The notes below the pieces were generated by a model. The model searched no databases and was not told where the DNA came from. It saw only the letters and a list, made by a program, of their open reading frames with translations. 64,000 nucleotides of DNA. It comes from Clostridiales bacterium UBA7568 (GTDB lineage Bacteria > Bacillota > Clostridia > Oscillospirales > CAG-272). A program made the translations under genes and the position numbers. The DNA lies in contig DLLG01000004.1 of the NCBI GenBank assembly GCA_002479075.1, positions 245,205 to 309,204 of the forward strand. The letters are read 5' to 3'. This document shows positions 37,162 to 47,241 of the stretch, piece after piece (the stretch's first letter is position 1; every line of letters starts with the position of its first letter).

Positions 37162-38340
37162 TTATATTCTTTTCTGAGACGAATAACGTGATACCGAAAG
37201 AATGATTCCCATCTCGGCAAGCTGCATAACGAGTGCCGTTCCGCCATACGAGAAGAAGGGAAGCGCAATGCCGGTTGTCGGTATTGACGAGGTAACAACG
37301 GCAATGTTGAGCATTGCCTGAATGCCGACTTTTGCCGTCAAACCTGCAACAAGAACCGAAGAAAACGTATCCGGCGCACGCTTCGCGATGACAAAGCCGC
37401 GCCATATGAACAGAATAAACAGGGCGATAAGGGCGAGCGCGCCGATAAAGCCGAGCTCCTCGCATAGAATTGCGAAGATGAAGTCGTTTTGCGGCTCGGG
37501 AAGCCACATATGCTTCTGATAACTGTTTCCGAGTCCTACTCCGAAAAGCCCGCCGGAGCCGATCGCAAGCAGACTCTGATACGGTTGCCAACCGCCTGTT
37601 TTCAGATAAAGCTCGGGATGAAGCCAGGCGTCTATGCGTTTTTTCATATAGTTTGTAAACAGCATAACGCCCGCCGCTCCGGCACCGAAAACGCCTCCGA
37701 GCGTTGCGAGAACTTTCCAGCTCGCTCCGGACATAAAGATCATCGAAGCACCGATGAGAAAGAGGATTATCGTTCCGGACATATGGTGTTCAAGCAGGGT
37801 TGTTACGCAGACGACGCCCGTTATTGCCGCGGGGATGAGGATCCCGTATTTGAATTCCTTCATCTTCGAGCTGAAGAACGAAATATATGAGGCGAGGAGC
37901 AGTATCAGCGCAAATTTCATAATTTCGGAGGGCTGAAACTGGATCGGTCCGATCTTGAGCCATCTTGTTGCGCCTTTGTTTGTCTCGCCGATAAAAGGTA
38001 CCGCTGCAAGCATAAGAAAGCTCGCCGCGAAAATTGGTACGGTGAATTTTTTTACAAAGCCGTAGTCTATAAAAGAGACTACCATCATAACGATAATTCC
38101 CGTTATTGCAAAGAATATCTGTTTTTTGACAAACCAGAGGCTGTCGTGCATCTGGTATTTTGCAAATACGTAGCTTGAGGAGAATATCATAACGGAGCCA
38201 TAGCTTATCAGAAGCACAACTATTATGAGGAATATTCTGTCAACGCCGCCGCGAACGCGGTAGACAGTATTTATTTGCGGATGAAGAAGCTCTTTCAGAA
38301 AAGAACTGCCTTCTCTTTTTCCGCTTTTCTCATCTGTCAT
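37162..38340 (-). CDS. ftsW: SEDS-family peptidoglycan glycosyltransferase FtsW/SpoVE
   Basis: Ten-TM SEDS profile ending in GIALPFFSYGGTAL. Confidence 0.9.
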   Translation of the reverse strand: MTDEKSGKREGSSFLKELLHPQINTVYRVRGGVDRIFLIIVVLLISYGSVMIFSSSYVFAKYQMHDSLWFVKKQIFFAITGIIVMMVVSFIDYGFVKKFTVPIFAASFLMLAAVPFIGETNKGATRWLKIGPIQFQPSEIMKFALILLLASYISFFSSKMKEFKYGILIPAAITGVVCVTTLLEHHMSGTIILFLIGASMIFMSGASWKVLATLGGVFGAGAAGVMLFTNYMKKRIDAWLHPELYLKTGGWQPYQSLLAIGSGGLFGVGLGNSYQKHMWLPEPQNDFIFAILCEELGFIGALALIALFILFIWRGFVIAKRAPDTFSSVLVAGLTAKVGIQAMLNIAVVTSSIPTTGIALPFFSYGGTALVMQLAEMGIILSVSRYSSQKRI

Positions 38341-38363
38341 AAAAAGCTCCTCCTTTCGGTTAT

Positions 38364-39335
38364 TTATCCGAAGAAATACGTGATTATTCCCATTGCGACG
38401 GTTACGCCTATCGCAACTATGACGATCTTGCCCTCTGTCCAGCCGCAGAGCTCAAGATGATGATGAAATGGCGACATTTTGAAAAGTCGTTTGCCGTGCG
38501 TCAGCTTGAAATATGACACCTGCAGGATGACGGAGACCGCCTCGATCAGATACACAATGCCGACAAAGAGCAACATAAGCGGCTCGCCCGTCACAACGGA
38601 TATCGCAACCACGGCTCCGCCGAGAAAGAGAGAGCCCGTATCGCCCATAAACACACGTGCCGGATGCGCATTATAAACGAGAAATCCGAGGCAACCGCCG
38701 AAGATTGAAACGGCAAAGGTTGCCATTGCGTCCTCGCCCTTCATTATGGCTTTGACGGCGAAGAAAATACAAACCGCAGCCGTGACGGATGAAGCAAGCC
38801 CGTCTATACCGTCTGTAAGGTTGACGGAGTTTGACATAAATACAAAGAATATTATGAAAAGAATATAAAACCAGAAGCCGAGTTCGATCTCCGTATTGAA
38901 GAAGGGAAGGCGAACGAGCTTTGAAAGCCCGAAAGTTTTTTCCGCCGCGAGAAGAAAGAGAGAGGAGATCAGCGCCTGAAGGAGAATTTTCTGATATGCG
39001 CGGATTCCGTCGTTTTTGTGCTCGAAGAGCTTTTTTCCGTCATCTATTATTCCGATCATACCGGAGAGGAATGTAAATCCGTAGCAAACCCAGAGCTTGA
39101 TAATTTCCTCTCTTTCGAGAACGAAAAATGCTGCGCAGAGCGAGATCGCAACGGCGGCTATGAAGAACAGACCGCCCATAGTCGGTGTGCCGTCCTTGCA
39201 CTTATGCCATCTCGGGCCTATCTCCTTGACAGGCTGACCGAGCTTTTTCGTCATCAGCACGGGGATAAATATTCTTCCGAAAACGGCTGTGCAGATAAAC
39301 GCAACCGCGAGTACGATCGCAAAATACAATGTCAT
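38364..39335 (-). CDS. mraY: phospho-N-acetylmuramoyl-pentapeptide transferase
   Basis: GTPTMGG, NLTDGIDGL and HHHLE motifs. Confidence 0.95.
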   Translation of the reverse strand: MTLYFAIVLAVAFICTAVFGRIFIPVLMTKKLGQPVKEIGPRWHKCKDGTPTMGGLFFIAAVAISLCAAFFVLEREEIIKLWVCYGFTFLSGMIGIIDDGKKLFEHKNDGIRAYQKILLQALISSLFLLAAEKTFGLSKLVRLPFFNTEIELGFWFYILFIIFFVFMSNSVNLTDGIDGLASSVTAAVCIFFAVKAIMKGEDAMATFAVSIFGGCLGFLVYNAHPARVFMGDTGSLFLGGAVVAISVVTGEPLMLLFVGIVYLIEAVSVILQVSYFKLTHGKRLFKMSPFHHHLELCGWTEGKIVIVAIGVTVAMGIITYFFG

Positions 39336-39339
39336 AGAG

Positions 39340-40737
39340 TTACTCCCGAATCAGTTTTGATATTCTTTCAAGCGAAAGGGCGCGGCTCGCCTTGATGAGA
39401 ACCGTATCGCCATCGCAGATAAGCGGCTTTATTATGTTTGCGGCGGTTTGGGCATCGCCATAATCCGTTATTTCGGTTATGTTCCCGCGTGGCATACCGC
39501 CCTCCTCTGCGCCGACCGCAATCTCCTTTGCGAGAGAGCCGATCGTCACGAGCCTGCCGACTCCGATCTCTGCCGCCTTTTTCCCGACGGCGCGGTGAAG
39601 CGCTGAGGAATATTCTCCGAGCTCCCGCATATCGCCGAGAATGGCTATTTTCCCTCCCTTTGCGGTGTCTGCGAGGACATCGAGCGCGGCGGACATAGAT
39701 TCGGGGCTTGCGTTGTAGCAATCTTCAATCAACGTAAACCTTCCGCAATCGATTATGTCCTGACGCAGCTTTACGGGCGAAAAATTGCGAAGCCCGCTTT
39801 TTATTTCTTTTTCCTCCAAGCCGAGCAGCGTGCCGACGGTTATCGCCGCAAGGGCGTTTCTGACGTTGTGTCTGCCGGCGCTTGTTATATGGAGCTCCCG
39901 CATCTCCCCTCCGACGCGCGACGAAAGATCAAAATGCGTTCCGTCGTCCGACGCACGGAGATTTTTTGCAAGGTAATCGCATTTTTTGTTTTCGATACCG
40001 AAATATATGCGGCAGAGCTTGCGATCTTCAAGGACATCATCGAGCATCGGCTCGTCGCCGTTTAAAACTATAATCGAGCCGTCCTTCATTCCGTCCGCGA
40101 TTTCGAGCTTCGCCTTGCATATATTTTCTCTCGACCCGAGCTGTTCTATGTGTGAATTTCCTATACACGTTATAACTGCGATGTCCGGCTCTGCAATTTT
40201 TGACATTGCGGATATTTCGCCGAAGCTGCTCATTCCCATTTCAAGAACGAGCATCCGGTCACCCTTTTCAAGGGACAATATTGTCAGCGGCAGACCTATT
40301 TCGCTATTGAAATTGCCCTCTGTTTTATGTGTTTTGTATTTTTCGGATAGTATCGAATAGATGTACTGCTTTGTTGTCGTCTTTCCGACGCTGCCCGTTA
40401 CGGCGACCGTTATGACAGGGAAATATGATTTATAAGCCTTTGCGAGACTTCCGAGAGCCTTTATCGTGTCGTTTACAAGAACATAAGGAATGTCGCAATC
40501 GGGCGCTTTGCTGACAACGGCGCACACGGCTCCGTTTTCCTTCGCCTTCCCGATAAAGTCGTGTCCGTCAAAGTTTTCGCCCTTTATGGCGAAGAAACAT
40601 TCTCCCGCGCAATCCGATCTTGAATCCGTTGAAACGCCGAAAACCTCCGTATTTCCGTTTTCTCCGAAAAGCTCCCCGCCGCACATTACGGCGAGCTTTT
40701 CAAGCGTTATTTTTATATCAGTACATCCGAATTTCAT
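39340..40737 (-). CDS. murF: UDP-N-acetylmuramoyl-tripeptide--D-alanyl-D-alanine ligase
   Basis: VTGSVGKTTT P-loop and Mur ligase architecture. Position between murE and mraY. Confidence 0.93.
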   Translation of the reverse strand: MKFGCTDIKITLEKLAVMCGGELFGENGNTEVFGVSTDSRSDCAGECFFAIKGENFDGHDFIGKAKENGAVCAVVSKAPDCDIPYVLVNDTIKALGSLAKAYKSYFPVITVAVTGSVGKTTTKQYIYSILSEKYKTHKTEGNFNSEIGLPLTILSLEKGDRMLVLEMGMSSFGEISAMSKIAEPDIAVITCIGNSHIEQLGSRENICKAKLEIADGMKDGSIIVLNGDEPMLDDVLEDRKLCRIYFGIENKKCDYLAKNLRASDDGTHFDLSSRVGGEMRELHITSAGRHNVRNALAAITVGTLLGLEEKEIKSGLRNFSPVKLRQDIIDCGRFTLIEDCYNASPESMSAALDVLADTAKGGKIAILGDMRELGEYSSALHRAVGKKAAEIGVGRLVTIGSLAKEIAVGAEEGGMPRGNITEITDYGDAQTAANIIKPLICDGDTVLIKASRALSLERISKLIRE

Positions 40738-40740
40738 TTT

Positions 40741-42183
40741 TCAAATTCCTTTTTTGAATATTATGTCTTCTGCTGTTTCCTTATCAGAGAAGGGAATGTT
40801 CTTCCCGCCTGAAGAGATGAATTTTTCCGCTCCCTTGCCGAGCAGCAAAACCGTATCTCCCTTTTCTGCGGATGCTATTGCGAGCTCGATCGCCGCTTTT
40901 CGCTCCGGCTGAATTATTATGTTTTCCTTTGAAGCTATTCCAGATATTATATCTTTTATTATGCTTTCCGGATCCTCGGAGCGGGGATTATCGCTCGTTA
41001 TAATGACCTTATCGGAAAGTTCCGCGGCTATTTTCCCCATTTCGGGGCGTTTGCCCTTGTCTCTTTCGCCTCCGCAACCGAAGACCGTTATTATTTTGCC
41101 TGCGGTAAACCGTCTGGCGGAGGAGATAACATTTCGCATAGCGTCCGGCGTGTGGGCGAAGTCAATGAAAACTTTTGCGCCGCTTTTTGTTTCGAGCTTT
41201 TCCATCCGCCCCTCGGCACCGCGAAAACGTCCGAGCGCACGTGCCGATATGCTGCCCTTTATGCCGAGTACGGACGCTGCCGAAGCCGCCGCAAGCATAT
41301 TATAAACGGAATATTCGCCGGGCAGGGAGGAGGAGATGTGCTCCCGCAGACCGACAGCGCAAAAATCAAAGTCTGTTCCGTCTGCAGAAAGGGATATGTT
41401 GTCCGCATAGAAGTCGCAGTTACGGCTGCTTGCGGAATAATACCATATCTCGTCGCACGCGAGCCAAGCCATTTCATAGGCGCGTGGATCGTCAAAATTG
41501 AGTACCGAATGACGGCAGAGCGAAAACAGCTTTGCCTTTGCCGCCGAATATGCTTCGACGCTCTTGTGATAATCAAGATGGTCCCGCGTCAGGTTCGTAA
41601 AGATACCGAGCTCAAAGCCGAGACCGAAAAGTCTCTTCTGATCGAGCGAATGTGAGCTTGCCTCCATAATCACAAAGTCGTCGCCCTCGTCTGCGGCTTT
41701 TCGGAGCAGGCGGGAAAGTATTTCGGGGGGAGGGGTCGTATAGCCCGTTTTTTCAAAATCGGAGCCGGAGCCTGCGCCCTCGGTGCCGATGAGAAACGTT
41801 CTGTACCCGCCCTCTTTGAGAATCTCGGAAAGCATAGATGCAACAGTCGTCTTTCCGTTTGTTCCTGTCACGGCGCAGAGACGGAGCTTTTTTTGCGGGT
41901 CGCCGCAAAAATGCAGGCAGGCAAGGGAAAAAGCCTCCCTCGTATCCCTTACGATGACCGTCCTTACCGGGAATCTGTCCTCCGGGGGAGCGTCTGTCAC
42001 AACCGCACAGGCGTTTTTCATCGCCGCGTCGTACATATTGGCTTTGCTACCGTCGAGCGAGAAGAAGAGCTCGCCGCTCCGTAGCTTTCTTGAATCCGCA
42101 CAGACGCCGCTTGCATCAATGCTCTCGGCGTCGCACGGCATAATCAAAACGTCGTTTTTGGATATAAGTTCCGATAATTTCAA
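40741..42183 (-). CDS. murE: UDP-N-acetylmuramoyl-L-alanyl-D-glutamate--2,6-diaminopimelate ligase
   Basis: VTGTNGKTT P-loop. I favour TTG 42183 (GGAGGTG 8 nt upstream, N-terminus MKLSELI) over the ORF-track GTG 42195. Confidence 0.9.
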   Translation of the reverse strand: MKLSELISKNDVLIMPCDAESIDASGVCADSRKLRSGELFFSLDGSKANMYDAAMKNACAVVTDAPPEDRFPVRTVIVRDTREAFSLACLHFCGDPQKKLRLCAVTGTNGKTTVASMLSEILKEGGYRTFLIGTEGAGSGSDFEKTGYTTPPPEILSRLLRKAADEGDDFVIMEASSHSLDQKRLFGLGFELGIFTNLTRDHLDYHKSVEAYSAAKAKLFSLCRHSVLNFDDPRAYEMAWLACDEIWYYSASSRNCDFYADNISLSADGTDFDFCAVGLREHISSSLPGEYSVYNMLAAASAASVLGIKGSISARALGRFRGAEGRMEKLETKSGAKVFIDFAHTPDAMRNVISSARRFTAGKIITVFGCGGERDKGKRPEMGKIAAELSDKVIITSDNPRSEDPESIIKDIISGIASKENIIIQPERKAAIELAIASAEKGDTVLLLGKGAEKFISSGGKNIPFSDKETAEDIIFKKGI

Positions 42184-42247
42184 AACAGAGGTCACCTCCG
42201 CAGTATAGCTTTGAATGTCTTTAAACTTCCTGCGGAGCGTTCCGGTA

Positions 42248-44488
42248 TCAGTCGGATACGTCCGTAATTCTGAAATCGACCGTTATTATACTTCCTTTTT
42301 CAGCCGTTGTGCCTGCCGCAACCGACTGTTCGACGGCGACAGCGGAGCTTCCGCTCGTAACGCCTGTCAGATGAATATTAAAGCCTGCGTCGGCGAGGAT
42401 TTTGTTCGCCTCCGCCGCGCTCTTTCCGATGACAGAGGGCACGGTTGCATATGCGGAGCCTGCGTCCTCGCTTGTGTAAAGAATTATTTTTCCGTTTTCG
42501 GGCGACATTTTGCTACCCGATACGGGAACCTGCATTATGACGGATTTTCCCGTTCCTATTATCTCGTATTTAAGTCCTGCGTCGCTTATGTTCTTTATAG
42601 CCGTATCGAGGGAGAGCCCGCGATAGTTTTTGACGGAGACTTCGAGCTTTGCCATTTCCTCCGCCGTATATACGGGTTCAACGCCGAGGTAGGGAAGGAT
42701 TTCCGCAAGCATTTTTGCAACGTAAGGCGCCGCTACGGTGCTTCCGTAGATCGAGCCTCTCGTCGGCTCGTCAACCGCCAGCAGAATGACGATTTTCGGG
42801 TCATATGATGGTGCATAAGCCACAGTCGATGCGATTCTCTTGTTTCCGACGGTACCTTTTTCGGAGGTGCCCGTCTTTGCCGCAACTGAATATCCCGCAA
42901 CATATGCGTTCTTTGCGCCGCCGTTCGTTGCAACGCCCTCTGCGAGTATCGCGGAGATCGTCGCCGCTGTTTCCCGGCTTACGACCTGACGCTTTTCTGT
43001 TGTGCCGAAGGATGCCGTTATGTTTCCGTCGTTATCCTTTACAGCCTTGACGACGTGCGGGGTAACGAGTGTGCCGCCGTTTGCAACAGCCGCAACTGCG
43101 GAGATCTGCTGTATAGCGGTTACGTTGTATCTCTGACCGAAGGAATAAACCGCAAGGTCGAGAATGGACATATTGTCCTCGCTTCTGTAAACAGAGCCGG
43201 TTTCGCCGGGAAGGTCGATTCCCGTTTTGGAATCGAGCCCGAAGGCGGAGAAGTATTTGCAGAACGTCGATATTCCGATACGCTCCGCGAGCATCATCAT
43301 ACAAGGGTTGCACGACTGCATAAGCCCCTGAGCGAAGGTGACGAGTCCGTGTCCCGTTGTTTTATGACATTTGATTTTCCAGCCAGAAACGGTATATGAG
43401 CCTCTGCAATAGAAGGTGTCTGTCACCTTTGCTTTGTTCTCTTCGAGAGCCATAGATGTTGTGAATATTTTCGAGGTCGAGCCGGGCTCGTAGGTCTCGG
43501 TTATCGCCTTGTTGTTCCACATTTCGAGCAGGAATGCGGAGAGCGCCTTTTGATATTCAACCGTTCCTTCGCCGTATTCCGTTTTTGCGGATTCGGCTTT
43601 TTTCTGATAATATTCGGGGAAGGAGGTAGGATTGTTGAGGTCGTAGCTGGGGTATACAGCCATCCCGTATATCTCGCCGGTCGTCGGATCCATTGCAATC
43701 GCCTGCGCACGGGATTTGCAGCCGGATTCGACTGCCGCCTGTTCGAGATAATTTTCTAGGATGCTTTGGATTTTATAGTCAATCGTCGTAACGAGGCTTG
43801 CGCCGTTCGTTGCGTCGATATATGTTTCGTAATTGTACGGCATAGATTTCTGAATGCCGTTCTGCGCCGCAACGATCTTCCCGCTTACGCCGGAAAGAAC
43901 GCTGTTGTAATAATATTCGAGACCGTAGCTTCCGCCGTCCGTGCCGCAGAAGCCGATGACGTGGCTTGCGAGGGTTGAGAAGGGATAGACTCTCGTTGTC
44001 ATTTCGGCAAGGCAGATTCTTCTTTCGAGATTGTTGTCTTCAATATACTTGCGGACAATATCTGCCGTTGCTTCATCAACGTTCTTCTTGATTGTTCTGT
44101 CCTTGTATCTTGTCTTTGTCGATTGCTCGTAAATATAGTCATAATCGACGCCAAGTATCTCCGAAAGCCCCTTGCAGATGAGGACTCTCTCCTCCTCGCT
44201 TTCAATATCGTGAGGCGAGATGAAGATGCGTTCGGTTGTATAATTTGTTGCGAGGACAACGCCGTTCCGGTCTGTAATGACGCCTCTTGAAGCGGAGACC
44301 GGCGTTTCGTATATCATCTGCTCAATGACGGCTGTGCGATATTTTCTGTAATTTACTATCTGGAGATAAAACAACCTGCCGATAAGCACAATCGCTATTG
44401 CGGACAATGCCGCAAACAGAATGAAGGATCTTTTTCGTATCTGCGGACCCTGCCTGCCGAGGATAGAGTCCGGCTTTGAATTTTTCAT
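42248..44488 (-). CDS. class B penicillin-binding protein (FtsI/PBP2B/SpoVD type) with two PASTA domains
   Basis: SxxK (STSK), SxN (SCN) and KTG (KTGT) motifs. Two C-terminal PASTA-like repeats. Confidence 0.93.
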   Translation of the reverse strand: MKNSKPDSILGRQGPQIRKRSFILFAALSAIAIVLIGRLFYLQIVNYRKYRTAVIEQMIYETPVSASRGVITDRNGVVLATNYTTERIFISPHDIESEEERVLICKGLSEILGVDYDYIYEQSTKTRYKDRTIKKNVDEATADIVRKYIEDNNLERRICLAEMTTRVYPFSTLASHVIGFCGTDGGSYGLEYYYNSVLSGVSGKIVAAQNGIQKSMPYNYETYIDATNGASLVTTIDYKIQSILENYLEQAAVESGCKSRAQAIAMDPTTGEIYGMAVYPSYDLNNPTSFPEYYQKKAESAKTEYGEGTVEYQKALSAFLLEMWNNKAITETYEPGSTSKIFTTSMALEENKAKVTDTFYCRGSYTVSGWKIKCHKTTGHGLVTFAQGLMQSCNPCMMMLAERIGISTFCKYFSAFGLDSKTGIDLPGETGSVYRSEDNMSILDLAVYSFGQRYNVTAIQQISAVAAVANGGTLVTPHVVKAVKDNDGNITASFGTTEKRQVVSRETAATISAILAEGVATNGGAKNAYVAGYSVAAKTGTSEKGTVGNKRIASTVAYAPSYDPKIVILLAVDEPTRGSIYGSTVAAPYVAKMLAEILPYLGVEPVYTAEEMAKLEVSVKNYRGLSLDTAIKNISDAGLKYEIIGTGKSVIMQVPVSGSKMSPENGKIILYTSEDAGSAYATVPSVIGKSAAEANKILADAGFNIHLTGVTSGSSAVAVEQSVAAGTTAEKGSIITVDFRITDVSD

Positions 44489-44632
44489 CGGCGATTTTCT
44501 CCTTTCCGAAAATAATGAAAAAGAGCAAAGAGCATTATTATATTCTCTTTACTCAAAAAAGTTATTACGATATTACATTATATTTGCGACTTTCAAAATT
44601 ATGCACGCCCCCTTTGAGAGGGCGTACAAAAA

Positions 44633-45160
44633 TCAGTTCAGAAATTCAATGAGCTTTCCGAAATTCTTTGAGATCGCGCTGAGGAGAGAATCTATCGCTC
44701 CTCCGATGGTGCTTTCAGGTTCAATGACCTCGCTTACGTCCTCCGAGCCCTCGCTTTCAAAATATACCGTTGTTTTGCGGGAAGAATCGAGACCGAGACG
44801 GGACGCCGTCTCTTCTATCTCGGATTTTGAATATTTATAATCGAGTCTGCCTTCAAGAGTTTTTGCTTCTGCGGAGAGGTCCTTTATTTCGCTCTTCATA
44901 TTCAGTATCTCGGAGGAAAGCTCGGAGACTTGAACAAAGGAGAATATTATAAACATAAAGAGGATCGTTGCGATAAGCATTCCGATGATGAATGCAATGG
45001 GGAAAGGCGTGCGGCTTTTTGCTTTGACGGTATTATACCTGTCTCCGCCGCCTCCGCACATATCGGAAAGGGAAGATATGACACTCTTTTTGGAGGGAGA
45101 ACGATGGTTTGAGGAGTTTTTTGGAGTTTTGGAGTTTTTGGGGTTTTGGTTTGAGTTCAT
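44633..45160 (-). CDS. ftsL: cell division protein FtsL-like (septum formation initiator family)
   Basis: Start at ATG 45160 behind AGGAAGGAAG. One TM helix then a coiled-coil-like SELSSEILNMKSEIKDLSAEAKTLE. Position between rsmH and the PBP gene. Confidence 0.7.
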   Translation of the reverse strand: MNSNQNPKNSKTPKNSSNHRSPSKKSVISSLSDMCGGGGDRYNTVKAKSRTPFPIAFIIGMLIATILFMFIIFSFVQVSELSSEILNMKSEIKDLSAEAKTLEGRLDYKYSKSEIEETASRLGLDSSRKTTVYFESEGSEDVSEVIEPESTIGGAIDSLLSAISKNFGKLIEFLN

Positions 45161-45186
45161 TATCTTCCTTCCTTTCCGTAATGCGT

Positions 45187-46125
45187 TTACTGTATTTTCT
45201 CGGCTGCACGAAGCTTTGCGCTGTGCGACCTTCTGTTTAGCTTGAGTTCTTCTTCCGACGGAAGAATCGGTTTTTTCTGAAGCGTCTTTATCTGCGGCTT
45301 CTTTCCGCAAACGCAGACGGGAAACGACGGAGGGCACGTGCAGCCCTTTTCGAGTCTCGCGAATATCTGCTTGACAGCTCTGTCTTCAAGGGAATGAAAT
45401 GTCAGCACGGCGATCCTGCCGCCTTTTGCAAGAGAAGCTATCGCATCCTCTATTGCGGGAGCGATTATCGAAAGCTCGCCGTTGACCTCAATTCTTATTG
45501 CCTGAAAAGCCTGCTTTGCGGGGTGATGACCCTCTGTCAGAGCTTTCCTTGAAGCGACGGATTTTATTACGTCAACAAGCTCAAAAGTTGTTTCTATCGG
45601 CTTTTCGCTCCGCTTTTCGACTATCGCGCGGGCAATCCTCGGCGCATTCGGTTCCTCGCCGTATTCATAAAGTATCCGGCGGAGCTCGCTTTCGGGATAA
45701 CCGTTTACAACGTCGTATGCCGAGAGCGGGGAGGAACGATCCATCCTCATATCGAGGGGAGCGTCTGAATTGTATGAAAAGCCTCTTTCGGCCGTATCGA
45801 GCTGATAGGACGATACGCCGAGATCGAATATCACGCCGTCAATCTTTTCGATTCCGAGCGACGAGAGTATGTTTTTTATATTTGAAAAATTGTCTTTTAC
45901 GAACGTTATTCTTTCCGCATAGGGAGCGAGACGTTTTTTTGCGGCTTCGATTGCGTCATCGTCTCGGTCGATGCAGATGAGCCTGCCGTCCGAAAGCCTT
46001 TTTGCAATCTGCTCGGAATGACCTCCGCCGCCGAGCGTGCAGTCAACGTATGTTCCGTCCGGTTTTATGTTCAGCGCCTCTATGCACTCTCCGAGCATTA
46101 CCGAAAAATGATTGAATTCACTCAT
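45187..46125 (-). CDS. rsmH: 16S rRNA (cytosine1402-N4)-methyltransferase
   Basis: Start at ATG 46125 shares one base with the mraZ stop (TGATG). [10 protein letters not shown]. Confidence 0.95.
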   Translation of the reverse strand: MSEFNHFSVMLGECIEALNIKPDGTYVDCTLGGGGHSEQIAKRLSDGRLICIDRDDDAIEAAKKRLAPYAERITFVKDNFSNIKNILSSLGIEKIDGVIFDLGVSSYQLDTAERGFSYNSDAPLDMRMDRSSPLSAYDVVNGYPESELRRILYEYGEEPNAPRIARAIVEKRSEKPIETTFELVDVIKSVASRKALTEGHHPAKQAFQAIRIEVNGELSIIAPAIEDAIASLAKGGRIAVLTFHSLEDRAVKQIFARLEKGCTCPPSFPVCVCGKKPQIKTLQKKPILPSEEELKLNRRSHSAKLRAAEKIQ

Positions 46126-46544
46126 CAGACGCCCAGCCCTATCATTATGTTCTGAATATCTGCCATATTTTCTGCGGCTTTCTTTGCCTCCCAGGCAGAC
46201 TGCGACCAGATTTCTATGCAGTTGTTTACGCCGATAACGACCGTATCCTTTTCGAGCTTTGCGTAATCGCGCAGAACCTGCGGAATGAGAACTCGTCCCT
46301 GAGAATCGAGGGAGGTGTCGCAAGCGGCAGAATAGAAAAAGCGGCGGACATCACGAGCCTGAACGAGCGGCATTGCGTCGATTCTGGCGGAGAACTTCTC
46401 CCATTCGGAAAGAGGGTAAACGGAGAGGCAATTATCAATGCCGCGCGTAACGACGAATGTTTCGCCGAGCGCTTCGCGGAACTTGGCGGGGATGAAAACT
46501 CTGCCCTTGGAGTCTGTCGTGTGGATAAACTCGCCCAAAAACAT
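46125..46544 (-). CDS. mraZ: transcriptional regulator MraZ
   Basis: [23 protein letters not shown]. Duplicated SpoVT/AbrB-like halves. Confidence 0.95.
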   Translation of the reverse strand: MFLGEFIHTTDSKGRVFIPAKFREALGETFVVTRGIDNCLSVYPLSEWEKFSARIDAMPLVQARDVRRFFYSAACDTSLDSQGRVLIPQVLRDYAKLEKDTVVIGVNNCIEIWSQSAWEAKKAAENMADIQNIMIGLGV

Positions 46545-46601
46545 CTTTTGCCCTCCTTTTCTCCTTCGGAATGTGGATAACTCTGTGGAAAGTGTGGAAA
46601 T

Positions 46602-46630
46602 CCACCACTTTGAACCACTTCACACCACTT
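46602..46630 (-). promoter_or_regulatory. putative MraZ operator: three direct AAGTGGT boxes at 10-bp phasing
   Basis: Minus strand reads AAAGTGGTG tg AAGTGGTT ca AAGTGGTGG. On the plus strand, CCACTT sits at 46605, 46615 and 46625. The array lies immediately downstream of the -10. Confidence 0.65.
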
Positions 46631-46640
46631 TTATGGTTTA

Positions 46641-46669
46641 ATTATAAATGATACAGGGACAAAATACAA
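46641..46669 (-). promoter_or_regulatory. mraZ/dcw promoter
   Basis: Minus strand reads TTGTAT, 17-nt spacer, TATAAT. Confidence 0.6.
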
Positions 46670-46689
46670 GGGCTTTTTGAAAAAAATAT

Positions 46690-46742
46690 AAAAAAACACG
46701 CAGGGAAAATAATCCGTAACCGGATTTTCTGCGTGTTTTTTC
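46690..46742. terminator. rho-independent terminator after coaD (bidirectional shape)
   Basis: Outer stem acacgcag/ctgcgtgt and inner stem aatccg/cggatt, flanked by an A-run and a T-run. Confidence 0.75.
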
Positions 46743-46770
46743 TTCTTAATTTATTATATATGGCGGGCTT

Positions 46771-47241
46771 TCAGCCTTTCAGCACAGAGAGCACCGCCTT
46801 AGGAACGTAGTGCGAAACGTTTTTTCCTTCGGAGATGAGCTTGCGGACGAGGGTCGAGCTTACGTCTTTATACTGCGGGTCGGCTTCCAGCAGAATCGTC
46901 TTTATCCCGCTGTGCTCAAAATTGAAGTCCGCCTGCTTCTGCTCATAGGCGCGGTCATTTTCGCTGCGCACGCCCTTTATGATGACTTCAACTCCCGCTT
47001 CCTTTGCGTATTCGAAGAGCATACCGTCGTTTGTTATGACAACAGCGTTGTCTATATCCATAGTTGCCGCGCAAAGCGCCTCAAACCTTTTTTCGAGAGG
47101 GAAAAGCGGCTTTTTCTCCGGATTTTCAAAAATGCCGACGATCAGCACGGCGCACATATCCGCCGCACGCCGGATTATATCGAGATGACCCTTGGTCACC
47201 GGGTCAAATGTGCCCGCTGTCAGAGCTATTCCGTATTCCAT
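46771..47241 (-). CDS. coaD: phosphopantetheine adenylyltransferase
   Basis: GTFDPVTKGHLDII nucleotidyltransferase motif. Confidence 0.95.
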   Translation of the reverse strand: MEYGIALTAGTFDPVTKGHLDIIRRAADMCAVLIVGIFENPEKKPLFPLEKRFEALCAATMDIDNAVVITNDGMLFEYAKEAGVEVIIKGVRSENDRAYEQKQADFNFEHSGIKTILLEADPQYKDVSSTLVRKLISEGKNVSHYVPKAVLSVLKG

